Origin: an uncultured virus (IMG/VR IMGVR_UViG_3300029448_000026)
Taxonomy: Duplodnaviria; Heunggongvirae; Uroviricota; Caudoviricetes
Virus record (IMG/VR): IMGVR_UViG_3300029448_000026
Span: 44,124 to 64,123 of that record
Strand: one strand, 5' to 3'
DNA: 20,000 nt
A program made the position numbers and the translations under genes. The notes beneath the pieces were generated by a model. It was given only the letters and a program-made list of their open reading frames with translations, had not been told where the DNA came from and did no database searches. Each line of letters begins with the position of its first letter. Positions within the stretch are counted from its first letter, which is position 1. Positions 7,429-17,000 of this stretch are shown in pieces.

Positions 7429-8961
7429 ATGCAAATAGTGGACAACGAGAGTGTCTTATTACGCCTGCGTAATCCAGCAAGGGTTATGAAACATTTAGAT
7501 ACTGCCAAACATAGTGGTGCTAATGGGGTCACTGTAGATTGGAATCTAAGAGAAACTACAATATTAAATGCGTTAAACATTTACGTGCCATCACCCATAT
7601 ATGGACAGTACGCGTGGCCTGGGAAGGTTCCGTTTGAACACCAAAAGAAAACAGCTTCTTTTCTTACATTACATAGAAAAGCATTTTGCTTTAACGAACA
7701 AGGTACAGGTAAAACAGCAAGTGCCATATGGGCATCAGACTATCTGATAGACTTGGGGATGGTAAGACGTGTGTTAGTTATATGCCCACTCTCGATAATG
7801 GATAGCGCATGGCGCACTGACTTGTTTACATTTGCACCTCATAGAAAAGTGGCTATAGCTTATGGTTCAGCGAACAAAAGAAAAGAAATTATAAAGTCAG
7901 ACGCTGAGTTTGTTATTATAAACTATGATGGAGTATCCATTGTAGTAGATGAAATAGCTAAAGGCGATTTTGATTTAATCATTGTAGACGAAGCAACACA
8001 TTACAAGAACGCGCAAACTACAAGATGGAAGAAACTAAAGAAGATTATGAAAGATGATACATGGTTGTGGATGATGACAGGCACACCCGCGTCTCAAAGT
8101 CCAGTGGATGCCTATGGCCTAGCTAAGTTGGTAAACCCTTCTGGTGTACCCATGTTTTTTAGTACGTTCAAAGACAAAGTTCTGTATAGAGTTTCACAGT
8201 TTACATGGAAGCCAAGAGATAATGCTATAAATACAGTATACTATGCTTTACAACCTGCAATACGTTATAAGAAGGAACAGTGTTTAGATTTACCAGACAT
8301 GGTATATACAAAAAGAAAGGTGGAACTAACACCGCAACAAAGTAAATATTACAAGAAACTAAAAGACCAGATGACTATGGAGGTTGTAGGAGAGGAGATC
8401 ACCGCAGTCAATGCAGCTGTACATCTAAACAAGTTACTACAGATATCAGCAGGGGCAGTATATACTGACAGTGGTCAAGCACTTGAGTTTGATATAAAGA
8501 ATAGATACAAAGTTCTAAAAGAAGTAATAGATGAATCTAGTCAAAAGGTATTAGTGTTTGTCCCTTTCAAACATTCTATACGAATACTAACAAACGCTTT
8601 AAACGAAGATAATATATCTACAGAAATAATAGATGGGTCTGTACCTGTCCATAAAAGAACTGACATATTCAAGAAGTTTCAGACTACTGCTGACCCACAG
8701 GTACTCGTGATACAACCTCAAGCAGCTGCACATGGTGTCACGTTAACACGCGCTAATACAATAGTGTGGTGGGCGCCTGTGAGTAGCTTAGAAACATACT
8801 CTCAAGCCAATGCACGTATACACAGGAGTGGGCAGACCCATAAATGTACAGTGGTGCAGTTGCAAGGATCTGATGCTGAGAAACATGTTTACAGACTTCT
8901 TGATAACAGAATACACATACACACAAAAATTATAGATTTATACAAAGAAATACTTGACTAA
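7429..8961 (+). CDS. SNF2-family (SF2) helicase
   Basis: Q motif PFEHQ, Walker A QGTGKT, Walker B IVDEAT, motif III MTGTP, motif VI QANARIHRSGQ. Confidence 0.93.
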   Translation: MQIVDNESVLLRLRNPARVMKHLDTAKHSGANGVTVDWNLRETTILNALNIYVPSPIYGQYAWPGKVPFEHQKKTASFLTLHRKAFCFNEQGTGKTASAIWASDYLIDLGMVRRVLVICPLSIMDSAWRTDLFTFAPHRKVAIAYGSANKRKEIIKSDAEFVIINYDGVSIVVDEIAKGDFDLIIVDEATHYKNAQTTRWKKLKKIMKDDTWLWMMTGTPASQSPVDAYGLAKLVNPSGVPMFFSTFKDKVLYRVSQFTWKPRDNAINTVYYALQPAIRYKKEQCLDLPDMVYTKRKVELTPQQSKYYKKLKDQMTMEVVGEEITAVNAAVHLNKLLQISAGAVYTDSGQALEFDIKNRYKVLKEVIDESSQKVLVFVPFKHSIRILTNALNEDNISTEIIDGSVPVHKRTDIFKKFQTTADPQVLVIQPQAAAHGVTLTRANTIVWWAPVSSLETYSQANARIHRSGQTHKCTVVQLQGSDAEKHVYRLLDNRIHIHTKIIDLYKEILD

Positions 8962-8984
8962 AGTATTTTATGACACTATATGTT
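8954..8984 (+). promoter_or_regulatory. Possible sigma70 promoter
   Basis: TTGACT at 8954-8959, then TATATG at 17 bp or TATGTT at 19 bp, in the gap before gene 9011. Confidence 0.4.
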
Positions 8985-9010
8985 AAGTATAGAGAGTGAG
9001 GAATCTATAA

Positions 9011-9406
9011 ATGGATATAAGTAAACTAATAAAAACCTATATAAAAATACGAGACCAACGTTCCGTATTGAAATCAGACTATGCCGACAAAGACTCCACT
9101 TTACTGAAACAACAAGACACTATTAAAGAAGCTATCAATGAGTATGCTGACATGAATAAGGTCGATAGAGCAGGAACAAGTGAGGGTATGTTTTATAGGA
9201 CTACAAAAACCAGATACTGGACAAGTGATTGGGAGTCTATGTACAAGTTTGTTGTAGAAAATAAAACACCAGAGTTCTTTGACAAACGTCTAAATCAAAA
9301 AAATGTAAGGGAGTATTTAGACGAGAACCCAGACAAACTTCCAGAAGGATTAAACGTAGATACGGAGTATGTCATATCTGTTAGGAAAAATAAAAATGAT
9401 AAGTGA
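9011..9406 (+). CDS. Phage hypothetical protein (N-terminal coiled coil), replication-module associated
   Basis: GAGG RBS; YIKIRD coiled coil, DWESMYKFV and LPEGLNV segments. Confidence 0.85.
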   Translation: MDISKLIKTYIKIRDQRSVLKSDYADKDSTLLKQQDTIKEAINEYADMNKVDRAGTSEGMFYRTTKTRYWTSDWESMYKFVVENKTPEFFDKRLNQKNVREYLDENPDKLPEGLNVDTEYVISVRKNKNDK

Positions 9407-9638
9407 AGAACCTTTTGTTACAATAGATAATGTTGCAAAACATTTTTCTGTTTCAAAATCTACGGTACGTGGTTGGGTAAGAGAGAACCGTATACCGAAA
9501 GATACCTATATACGTATAGGTAATACACTACGATTTAAGATTAGTGGTGTAAGCGAAGCCCTAATTCAGTTTTCAAAAGATACTTTGAGTACAGTTGATA
9601 TGGATGACGAATTAGATTTACTTGATGAAGATAATTAA
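9396..9638 (+). CDS. Excisionase/MerR-like helix-turn-helix protein (HTH_17-like)
   Basis: FVTIDNVAKHFSVSKSTVRGWVRENRIP...IGNTLRF winged-HTH pattern; acidic tail. Confidence 0.82.
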   Translation: MISEEPFVTIDNVAKHFSVSKSTVRGWVRENRIPKDTYIRIGNTLRFKISGVSEALIQFSKDTLSTVDMDDELDLLDEDN

Positions 9639-9653
9639 TAGTTGGAGAACGAC

Positions 9654-10337
9654 ATGAGCGAGAGCTACAAAATAGAGAACGTTGAGGCTTTATGGCCTAA
9701 GATAAATACTACCTATAGATTTGACAGTACCGAAAACAGATCTGTACCTTGCAGTGCTTTGGATGATAATTCAGAGTACAGCTTACAATTTAAAATGGAT
9801 GAAGCGACTGCTCAAGCTTTATATAAGCCAATGAGTTCAGCCTATAAAGCAAAAAAGCAGAAAGGTTGGGAGGACAAGTTACCTTTACCTTTTGAAAAGG
9901 ATGAAGAAGGTATGTACATTGGTAAGGCACGTCTAAAGGGTGCATACGGTGCAGACCCCACTAGAAAGCCATCACAATATGATGCGAAAGGTAATAGACT
10001 TGATTCCGATTTTAAACTTACCACTGGCAGTAAGATAAATGTGCTTGTTGGTTTTTATCCTTGGAATATGGGGGGAAGATCTGGCGTATCGTTAAGATTA
10101 AAAGCAGTGCAAGTTGTTAAATATATACCTATGGAGGAGTCTTCTCCTTTTGATGAGGTAGAGGGATTCAATTCTTCTTCTGAAATGGATCAAGTATTTT
10201 CGGATACTACGACTGAGAAAGAAGAGGTCATTGAAGAACCAAAGAAACTAACTCCGAAACCTGATAAAAAAGAAGTAAAGACACCCCAACAGGCAACGAG
10301 TGAGTTAAGTGATATTGTTGATAGTTGGGATGACTAG
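9654..10337 (+). CDS. Single-stranded DNA-binding protein (DUF2815/T7 gp2.5-like)
   Basis: LTTGSKINV, GVSLRLKAVQVV OB-fold signature; acidic tail ending DIVDSWDD; GGAG RBS before ATG 9654. Confidence 0.82.
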   Translation: MSESYKIENVEALWPKINTTYRFDSTENRSVPCSALDDNSEYSLQFKMDEATAQALYKPMSSAYKAKKQKGWEDKLPLPFEKDEEGMYIGKARLKGAYGADPTRKPSQYDAKGNRLDSDFKLTTGSKINVLVGFYPWNMGGRSGVSLRLKAVQVVKYIPMEESSPFDEVEGFNSSSEMDQVFSDTTTEKEEVIEEPKKLTPKPDKKEVKTPQQATSELSDIVDSWDD

Positions 10338-10352
10338 TAAGCAATAGAACTT

Positions 10353-10412
10353 CACTGTGGCTAGGGCATTGCGCCCCGAAAAGAGTATAATGCAAATACT
10401 CCTGCCACGGTG
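10353..10412 (+). ncRNA. Three-way-junction RNA candidate in the primase leader
   Basis: P1 CACTGTGGC/GCCACGGTG, P2 GGGC/GCCC, linker CGAAAA, P3 GAGTAT/ATACTC; loops partly complementary. Confidence 0.55.
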
Positions 10413-10432
10413 TCTTTATTAGGGGTGGTATT

Positions 10433-13219
10433 ATGGAAACAAAACAATTTTTACAGAGCGTAGTAGCTTCAGAAGGTTACTACTGCGTATGGGGTTTTAA
10501 AGGTGACCGACTCGTAACCAAGTTTTACGACTCCATTGATAAGGTCATAGATACAGCTACAAAACTAGACAGCAATGGATACAATGCTTTCTTTGCATTG
10601 GCGACATTTGAAAAGTCTGGCTCTAGAAAAGTAGAGAATGCCAAACAATATAAGTCTTTCTTTCTTGATTTAGATTGTGGCGATAAGAAAGATTACCCAA
10701 CTCAACAGGATGCTTTGACAGCCCTCCGTGGGTTTTGTAAGAAGAATACTTTACCTAAACCTGTTATAGTGAGTTCTGGTAATGGGGTACATTGTTACTG
10801 GCCTTTGGAAACTCCTATTATATATAGTGATTGGTTTCCTGTGGCTGAAAGGTTAAAGGCTCTTTGCGCAGAACACAATCTACTAGCAGACCCTGCTGTT
10901 ACATCGGACGGTGCTAGGGTACTAAGAGTACCAGAAACACATAACCACAAAGGTGATACACCTATAAGAGTTCACGCAATAAGTAGTAATATAACAACCA
11001 TACCTTTCCACGAATTTTCAGAGTTAATTGGCGAGATAATACCTGCACCTAAAACTCTTCCTATGAACCAAGTTGATAGTAAAGTTGCTGATAGTACAGA
11101 AGCATGGTTTGTGGACATAATAAGAAAGACAAAAGAAGGTAGAGGGTGTGAACAGATAAAGAATATCATTATAAATCAAAAAGATATAAGCGAACCTTTA
11201 TGGAGAGGGGGGCTATCTATAACAAAGTTCTGTGTTGATTCTGAAGAAGCGTCTAAAATAATATCCGAAAAGCACTTAGAATACTCAGAAGAAAAAACAC
11301 AAGAGAAATTAGACCTTATAAAGGGGCCTTATTGGTGTACTACATTTGACGAACATAACCCAGATGTATGTCCGAATTGTCCTAACTGGAAGAAGGTAAA
11401 AAGCCCGATTGTTCTGGGGAATAGAATTATAGAATCAGAAGAGGACATAAAGAAGGCACTGGCTATGGATCTGCCAGAAGATGAAGAGATGGATTATAAA
11501 GTACCATCAAAATACCCTTCGCCCTACTTTAGAGGATCTAATGGCGGTGTATACATGAGGTATAAAAACGCTGATGGTGACCCAGAAGATAAGTTAATAT
11601 ATCACAACGATCTATATGTTGTGAATCGTATTACAGATGCAGAAACTGGAGAAGGTGTCGTGATGCGTCTACACTTACCCAGAGATGGGGTAAGAGAATT
11701 TACAGTTCCTTTAACTGCTGTAACATCAAAAGAAGATTTTAGAAAACAACTGTCCATGCAAGGTGTGGCAGTTCCAAAAATGGATGACCTTATGAAATAC
11801 ACTACAACATGGGTAAACGAGTTACAGGTGCAAGAAATGGCAGATATAGCTCATAAACAGTTTGGTTGGACTAATGATGAATGTGGTTCATTCATACTAG
11901 GTAACAAAGAGATATCAAAAGATAGTGTCAAGTTTAATGCACCATCTTTGCAAACAGCTAGTTTCTTTCCTTATTTTGAACCTAAAGGTGAGCTTGAAAA
12001 GTGGAAAGAGATGATAAATTTTTACGATAGAGATGATTTTGAACTACACCAATTTGTTGTCGCAACTTCTTTTGGTTCCCCTTTGATGCAATTTTTGCCC
12101 ATACACTGCGCTACTTTACATCTGCATGGAGATACAGGCATAGGTAAAACAACTGTCCAGATGGCCGCAGTGTCGGTTTGGGGCAATCCATCACAACTTA
12201 TATGTTCAGAAAATGATACAGTTAATACAAAGATGAATAGGGGCGAGGTGTACCGTAACTTACCGTTATATATTGACGAGTTAACAAATGAGAAGCCTAA
12301 AGACCTAAGTGATCTAGCCTATAGACTTACTGGTGGTAGGCAAAGAAATAGAATGTCTGCTGGTTCTAACGTGGAAAGATATCGGGGTGAACCTTGGAGA
12401 CTATTAGCAGTAACTAGTGCTAATGCAAGTATTGTAGAAATGATAAGTATGATAAAGATAATGCCGAAAGCAGAAGCGCAAAGGATATTGGAATGTAAGA
12501 CAAAAGAGATGAGGTTTGATACAAAAGAGGAGACAGATGCGTTTAGTTTACTCCTCACCCATAACTATGGTCACGCGGGTAGGATATATCTTAAATCTAT
12601 ACTGAATGATATAGAAGGCGTTAAGAAATTATTAAAAGAAGTCCAGATTAAGATAGATACCACAGCAGGTCTTACAGCGAAAAATAGATTTTGGTCTGCT
12701 TTAACTGCATGTTCATTGACAGGTATTATATTGGCTAAGAAAGCAGGGCTTGTAAACTATGATGTAAAGAACCTTTTTAAATGGACTGTGGGTCAGTTGA
12801 AACGTAACTTACATATGTCTAATGACATGTCTGCCTCTGTAGAAGAAGTTATAAATGATTACATACATGAACACTGGAGTAATGTCCTTTGGATAAAAAG
12901 TACAGATGATCTCAGGGGTAAGGAAGGTGATGAGATATCTACACTTGTTGTACCAGAAGCTGTACCCAGAGGTAAGTTAGTAGCAAGGTATGAAACCGAT
13001 TTAAAGAAAGCTTATCTCCTACCTAAACCGCTAAAGAAGTGGTGTGTAGAACAACAGATAAATTATACTTCTTTTATTCAAGATTTAAAACTTAAACTAA
13101 ATGGCAAGAAAGGTAAGGTGAGACTTAGCAAAGGTACGCACATGAACTTACCGCCTACTCATGTTATTATAATAGATTGCACTATACAAAATGAGACAGG
13201 AAGTACTGAAGAACTTTGA
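10433..13219 (+). CDS. Primase-helicase: AEP/RepB-like primase, Cys4 domain, DUF927 and P-loop helicase
   Basis: AEP motifs FLDLD, SSGNGVHCYW, RVLRVP; Cys cluster; FGW of DUF927; Walker A GDTGIGKTT; Walker B YIDE. Confidence 0.9.
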   Translation: METKQFLQSVVASEGYYCVWGFKGDRLVTKFYDSIDKVIDTATKLDSNGYNAFFALATFEKSGSRKVENAKQYKSFFLDLDCGDKKDYPTQQDALTALRGFCKKNTLPKPVIVSSGNGVHCYWPLETPIIYSDWFPVAERLKALCAEHNLLADPAVTSDGARVLRVPETHNHKGDTPIRVHAISSNITTIPFHEFSELIGEIIPAPKTLPMNQVDSKVADSTEAWFVDIIRKTKEGRGCEQIKNIIINQKDISEPLWRGGLSITKFCVDSEEASKIISEKHLEYSEEKTQEKLDLIKGPYWCTTFDEHNPDVCPNCPNWKKVKSPIVLGNRIIESEEDIKKALAMDLPEDEEMDYKVPSKYPSPYFRGSNGGVYMRYKNADGDPEDKLIYHNDLYVVNRITDAETGEGVVMRLHLPRDGVREFTVPLTAVTSKEDFRKQLSMQGVAVPKMDDLMKYTTTWVNELQVQEMADIAHKQFGWTNDECGSFILGNKEISKDSVKFNAPSLQTASFFPYFEPKGELEKWKEMINFYDRDDFELHQFVVATSFGSPLMQFLPIHCATLHLHGDTGIGKTTVQMAAVSVWGNPSQLICSENDTVNTKMNRGEVYRNLPLYIDELTNEKPKDLSDLAYRLTGGRQRNRMSAGSNVERYRGEPWRLLAVTSANASIVEMISMIKIMPKAEAQRILECKTKEMRFDTKEETDAFSLLLTHNYGHAGRIYLKSILNDIEGVKKLLKEVQIKIDTTAGLTAKNRFWSALTACSLTGIILAKKAGLVNYDVKNLFKWTVGQLKRNLHMSNDMSASVEEVINDYIHEHWSNVLWIKSTDDLRGKEGDEISTLVVPEAVPRGKLVARYETDLKKAYLLPKPLKKWCVEQQINYTSFIQDLKLKLNGKKGKVRLSKGTHMNLPPTHVIIIDCTIQNETGSTEEL

Positions 13220-13418
13220 TTTAGACCCAGACCATGTTAGAATTATTGTAAATTGGGGCAAGATGGTCGTAAATGCATCGGTGTTTGTACCTTGTGTAAA
13301 CACTCAAAAGGCCACACAACAAGCAAAAACTATAGCTAAAGAGAAAAGCTGGGAGTTCAAAATACATGTTCGTATAGAGGATAACAAACTTGGAATCCGT
13401 ATATGGAGGTTATTGTGA
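13191..13418 (+). CDS. Small hypothetical protein, possibly DNA-binding
   Basis: 75-aa ORF with SVFVPC and a C-terminal GIRIWR; overlaps the primase end. Confidence 0.75.
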   Translation: MRQEVLKNFDLDPDHVRIIVNWGKMVVNASVFVPCVNTQKATQQAKTIAKEKSWEFKIHVRIEDNKLGIRIWRLL

Positions 13419-13534
13419 TGTGGCAAGGTAACATATTTAGGTATGTAAATTATTGGTTAGGCACAAGGAGAATGCCTATTATTAGATTAAAACATAAAGT
13501 GAGAAACAGAAAATGGTTATCGAGAGTGCATTAA
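13418..13534 (+). CDS. Possible 38-aa basic microprotein
   Basis: GGAGG at 13405-13409, TGATG overlap; MWQGNIFRYVNYWLGTRRMPIIRLKHKVRNRKWLSRVH. Confidence 0.4.
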   Translation: MWQGNIFRYVNYWLGTRRMPIIRLKHKVRNRKWLSRVH

Positions 13535-13911
13535 TTTGTTTAGCTATGAACATCTACCATGAGGCTAGAAGTGAACCCGTAGATGGTAGGGTTGCAGTTG
13601 CAGAAGTTACTTTGAATAGGGTTGAATCAAAATACTACCCAGATACTGTATGTTCTGTAGTCTACCAGAAAGGTAAAAAAGCATGTGCCTTTAGTTGGAC
13701 TTGCGATGGAATTTCAGACACGCCATACGAAGAAAAAGAGTTTAACAGCGCAAAAAGATTGGCAAGAATGATAATGTTAAACAGAGAAAGCGTACACGAA
13801 GTCGGCAAAAATGCAACACATTACCATAATAAACGTGTAAAACCCTACTGGTTAACAGACGTAGAGCTAATAAAACAGGTAGGTAACCATATTTTTTACA
13901 AAAGAAAGTAG
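13513..13911 (+). CDS. SleB/CwlJ-like cell wall hydrolase (Hydrolase_2)
   Basis: CLAMNIYHEARSE (catalytic Glu), VTLNRV, YPDTVCSVVYQ, FSW, ATHYH, V.PYW, GNHIFY. Confidence 0.92.
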   Translation: MVIESALICLAMNIYHEARSEPVDGRVAVAEVTLNRVESKYYPDTVCSVVYQKGKKACAFSWTCDGISDTPYEEKEFNSAKRLARMIMLNRESVHEVGKNATHYHNKRVKPYWLTDVELIKQVGNHIFYKRK

Positions 13912-13938
13912 TCAAACTATATATTGGTGTGGTACATT
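13909..13938 (+). promoter_or_regulatory. Extended -10 promoter for the candidate sRNA
   Basis: TAGTCA (13909-14), 18-bp spacer, TACATT (13933-38) preceded by TGn; predicted TSS about 13945. Confidence 0.5.
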
Positions 13939-13944
13939 GTGCGT

Positions 13945-14007
13945 GGCAGTATCCTCGCACTGTCGTTCTCCCTCCTAAACTCCCCCTTTAATTAGGGGGG
14001 GTTTTTT
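13945..14007 (+). ncRNA. Candidate trans-acting anti-Shine-Dalgarno sRNA (~63 nt)
   Basis: 5' hairpin GGCAGT/ACTGTC, unpaired GTTCTCCCTCCT, terminator; TGTCGTTCTCC is complementary to the RBSs at 9644, 1596, 3628 and 7419. Confidence 0.6.
13977..14007 (+). terminator. Rho-independent terminator between convergent units
   Basis: AAACTCCCCCT-TTAATT-AGGGGGGGTTT stem followed by a T run; A-rich left flank could allow bidirectional use. Confidence 0.85.
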
Positions 14008-17000
14008 ATTTAATATTCAGAGGGGGAAACAACCCAGATTCTTCTAGTATGTCAAAAGTAGAAAGCATTTCATTAATTGCATCTCTATTCTTTTCTGTTA
14101 GCAGTACACCAAACTTCATTTTTTGAGATGTTTCTACGAATTTTTTACGTGATCTAAGTAACGTTTTCATATCTATAACATTGAATGGGTGTTTAAGATT
14201 AAAATCCATCATGGCTGACTCTGTTTCTATCCGCATAAGTATATCCCCATTTAATATAGAGTTATTCCACATACGTAGTAGCTTTGACCTTTTCGCATTT
14301 ATAGCTGTATCTAACTGTTTTGAAACTCTAGCCTTTGTCTGTGCTTGTGTTAACCTGTTAAACCCAAAACCAAAACCAGTAATAGATTTTTCAAAGAGGN
14401 NNNNNNNNNTTCGTCTTCTGTGTACCTAAATGCTTTACGTGCATTTCTGATTGAGGCTGGTAACATATTTTCTATACCTCTACCCATGTTACCATCTTCT
14501 GACATGATTTCTTTGAACCCATTATATAACTGCCTACCTACACTACCCGCTGGACCAAGAAGCAATTCGTAAGTAAACACTTCTGGTGACCATTCTTTTT
14601 GGTAAGGGTTGGATCTAAATAGTAAATTAGATAGTCCAATACGTGTAGACACGTCAGCACCTGACATTGCAGTAACGGCCCCTTTGTACCACCCTTCACC
14701 TACGTACATTCTCACAAGGGTATCTGCGTCTAGTTCATCGTCATCTAAGAACAGGTCAGCTATCATGGTAACTATGCCATACATAGGTAGCCCTCCGACC
14801 CCTGCTAAAAACAAGGAGGAACCTACCATACCTACAAGTTGCCTAAAAGCTATCCTTTGTTCTTCGGGATTAGTATAAGCATTCTTGACAAGTGATCTGG
14901 CTGTCTTAAACATATTGTAGTACATCATGATGCCAAAGCCCTTATACATCATGGCAACTCTACCTACACCTTGTTGTGCTATAGGTGGAGCAGTATCTAA
15001 CAATGCACCGCCATTTATAAGTTGTGTATTATAAACGGCAAATTCGGCAGCACGTTGTTGCTTCTGTGTAGGTGTTAACGCTTTCTCNNNNNNNNNNCTG
15101 GCGTAGGTTTATTTGTAAGCCTGTCTAACTCAAGATTATATGAACCCATCAAAGCTATTTGCCTGTTGAACCTCTCGACTTGATGAAACATACCTGCTGA
15201 AATTATTTGGAATCTATCAAGGATACCAGTTCCTCGCTTAGTACCCTCTATACCAAGAGTATCAAAGAATATTGATCTGTTTAGCTGTCCTTGTTGCTCT
15301 GCAACCTCGACTAGCTTTTGCATGGTTTTTAATTTTTCTATAAAACCTTTTGAGTACTTGCCATCTTTTAGTACGCTATCTTTTATCTGGTAATTACCCT
15401 GCGCATCTAATTGGAAATAATTATCAATAGATGGGGCTGCAGCTACATCTTTGTATATACTACCCTTAACACGTTTAGACAAACGTATCTTATTACTGAA
15501 ACCACTATTTGTGTAGAAACGAGCTGCGTCTATAAACGCTTTACTTGATTTTAAATAACCGAACCTACCGCCTAGCATCGGAGCCATAACAAGTGGTATT
15601 TGTGATAGGTTAACAATAGCAGAGGAAGCGTTCAACCCCAGTGTAAATGTAAAAGCAAACCTGTTACCAAGTATAGCTAATGCATCTGGAGGGGGGTTCA
15701 TAGCAAACCTTCCTCGCTCTATCAGGCTTTCTATGATAGCTCCTTTTGTGCTATCACGGTCTACTTTCATATCTAAAAGCCTGTCTATTTCTTTTCTAAA
15801 CAAGTCTGCGTATCTTATCTTTTCTACTTGCCTAGCGAGATCATAACCTTTTGTTTTTAGACCGTATATTATGTCTTGGTTGTACCCCAGAGTTCCTTCT
15901 CTTTTAGCGAAAGACTTGGCAAAGCTAGATTCTGGCAGAGCTTCTATAAATAACTGTAGCAAAGAGTCTCTTGTCTCTTGTGGTATCTTCGTCTTTGAAC
16001 CATCTAATACTTTTAACATTTCTGCCATAAAAGATGTAGATGGTGGATTTTTGTATGCTCTATTGTATTGTGATGGTTTCTCAAAAGACTCTATATTATT
16101 AACTCCGTACCCACTTTGTAATCTTTTTACTGCTCTTCTTCTTTGATTTATACTTTCAAACGCCATTACGACACGTTCTTCTTTGTTAAACTTTTCGTCA
16201 AACACATCGAATGCAAGCCAATACTGGCCTTTTCTAACTAGAGGTATGTAGGGTTCAAGTTTTGCCTTCTCAAATAACTTACTGAATATTTGACTTTTTA
16301 ACTTGTTTTTTGTTCCTTGGTCTATAGGACTACCGTCTTCTCCTGTAAGATTATTTATTTTACCTTCAATAGTTTTCTTTAGTTTCTCAAATAAACTTTT
16401 GTATTCAGCTACAACAAGTTTAAAAGCTTGTTTACTATCTGGGTCGAGAGTTTCGTAATCTTTTTTCACTATCTCCCAATTTTGAAACTCTTCGGTATTT
16501 TGTCCGTATTTATCAATAGCTTGTTTTCTATCCAATGTAGGATCTACCTGTAGCCTAGTAGCGTCTGTGGACATTTCGTTAAACTTATCCATTTTAGCTT
16601 TAGGCACTAATGATTTTATTGATTCTATAGTACCTTCTACAGATTGTTGCGCCTTGTTAATATCACCCTGTTGCCCCCTAAGTAAGGTATCCATAGTATA
16701 TGCTTCATCTATACCTGCATTACCTGCAAAATCACTTACTGCATTAGAAGGTAGAAATCTAAAAAATATATCCCGCCCTTTTTTAGACATGAATGACAGT
16801 ATACCCATAGACTCTTCTATGTACTCTTTAGTAGCTGTTTGACTAGGGCTAGGAAAATTAGATGATACTTCTTGTATGTTTTTCATAAACTTTCTTATAG
16901 GGGTAAAGTTTAATCTTTTACCTTCTGCGACTTCTTGAGAGGGAGCAATAAGATTTTCAAGTATTTCCATTGATTCATCAAACACGGTAGTGGGTTTGAC

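Noticed and set aside
963..9750. Other TTGACA hexamers (963, 3469, 9279, 9721)
   Set aside because: No convincing -10 element at 17 bp.
10353..10412. Hammerhead ribozyme (three stems plus GAAA)
   Set aside because: The CUGANGA core is missing; only 2-3 nt separate P1 from P2.
13742..13960. Minus-strand 72-aa ORF with an apparently strong RBS (AGGAGGGAGAACGACA-GTG)
   Set aside because: Mostly antisense to the hydrolase, lies downstream of the terminator hairpin on that strand, and is not protein-like. The 'RBS' is better explained as the reverse complement of the sRNA seed, though this is not fully excluded.
14350..15097. Apparent frameshifts or pseudogenisation of the giant gene
   Set aside because: Both breaks coincide with 10-N placeholder gaps and the frames are open on each side, so this is an assembly artefact.
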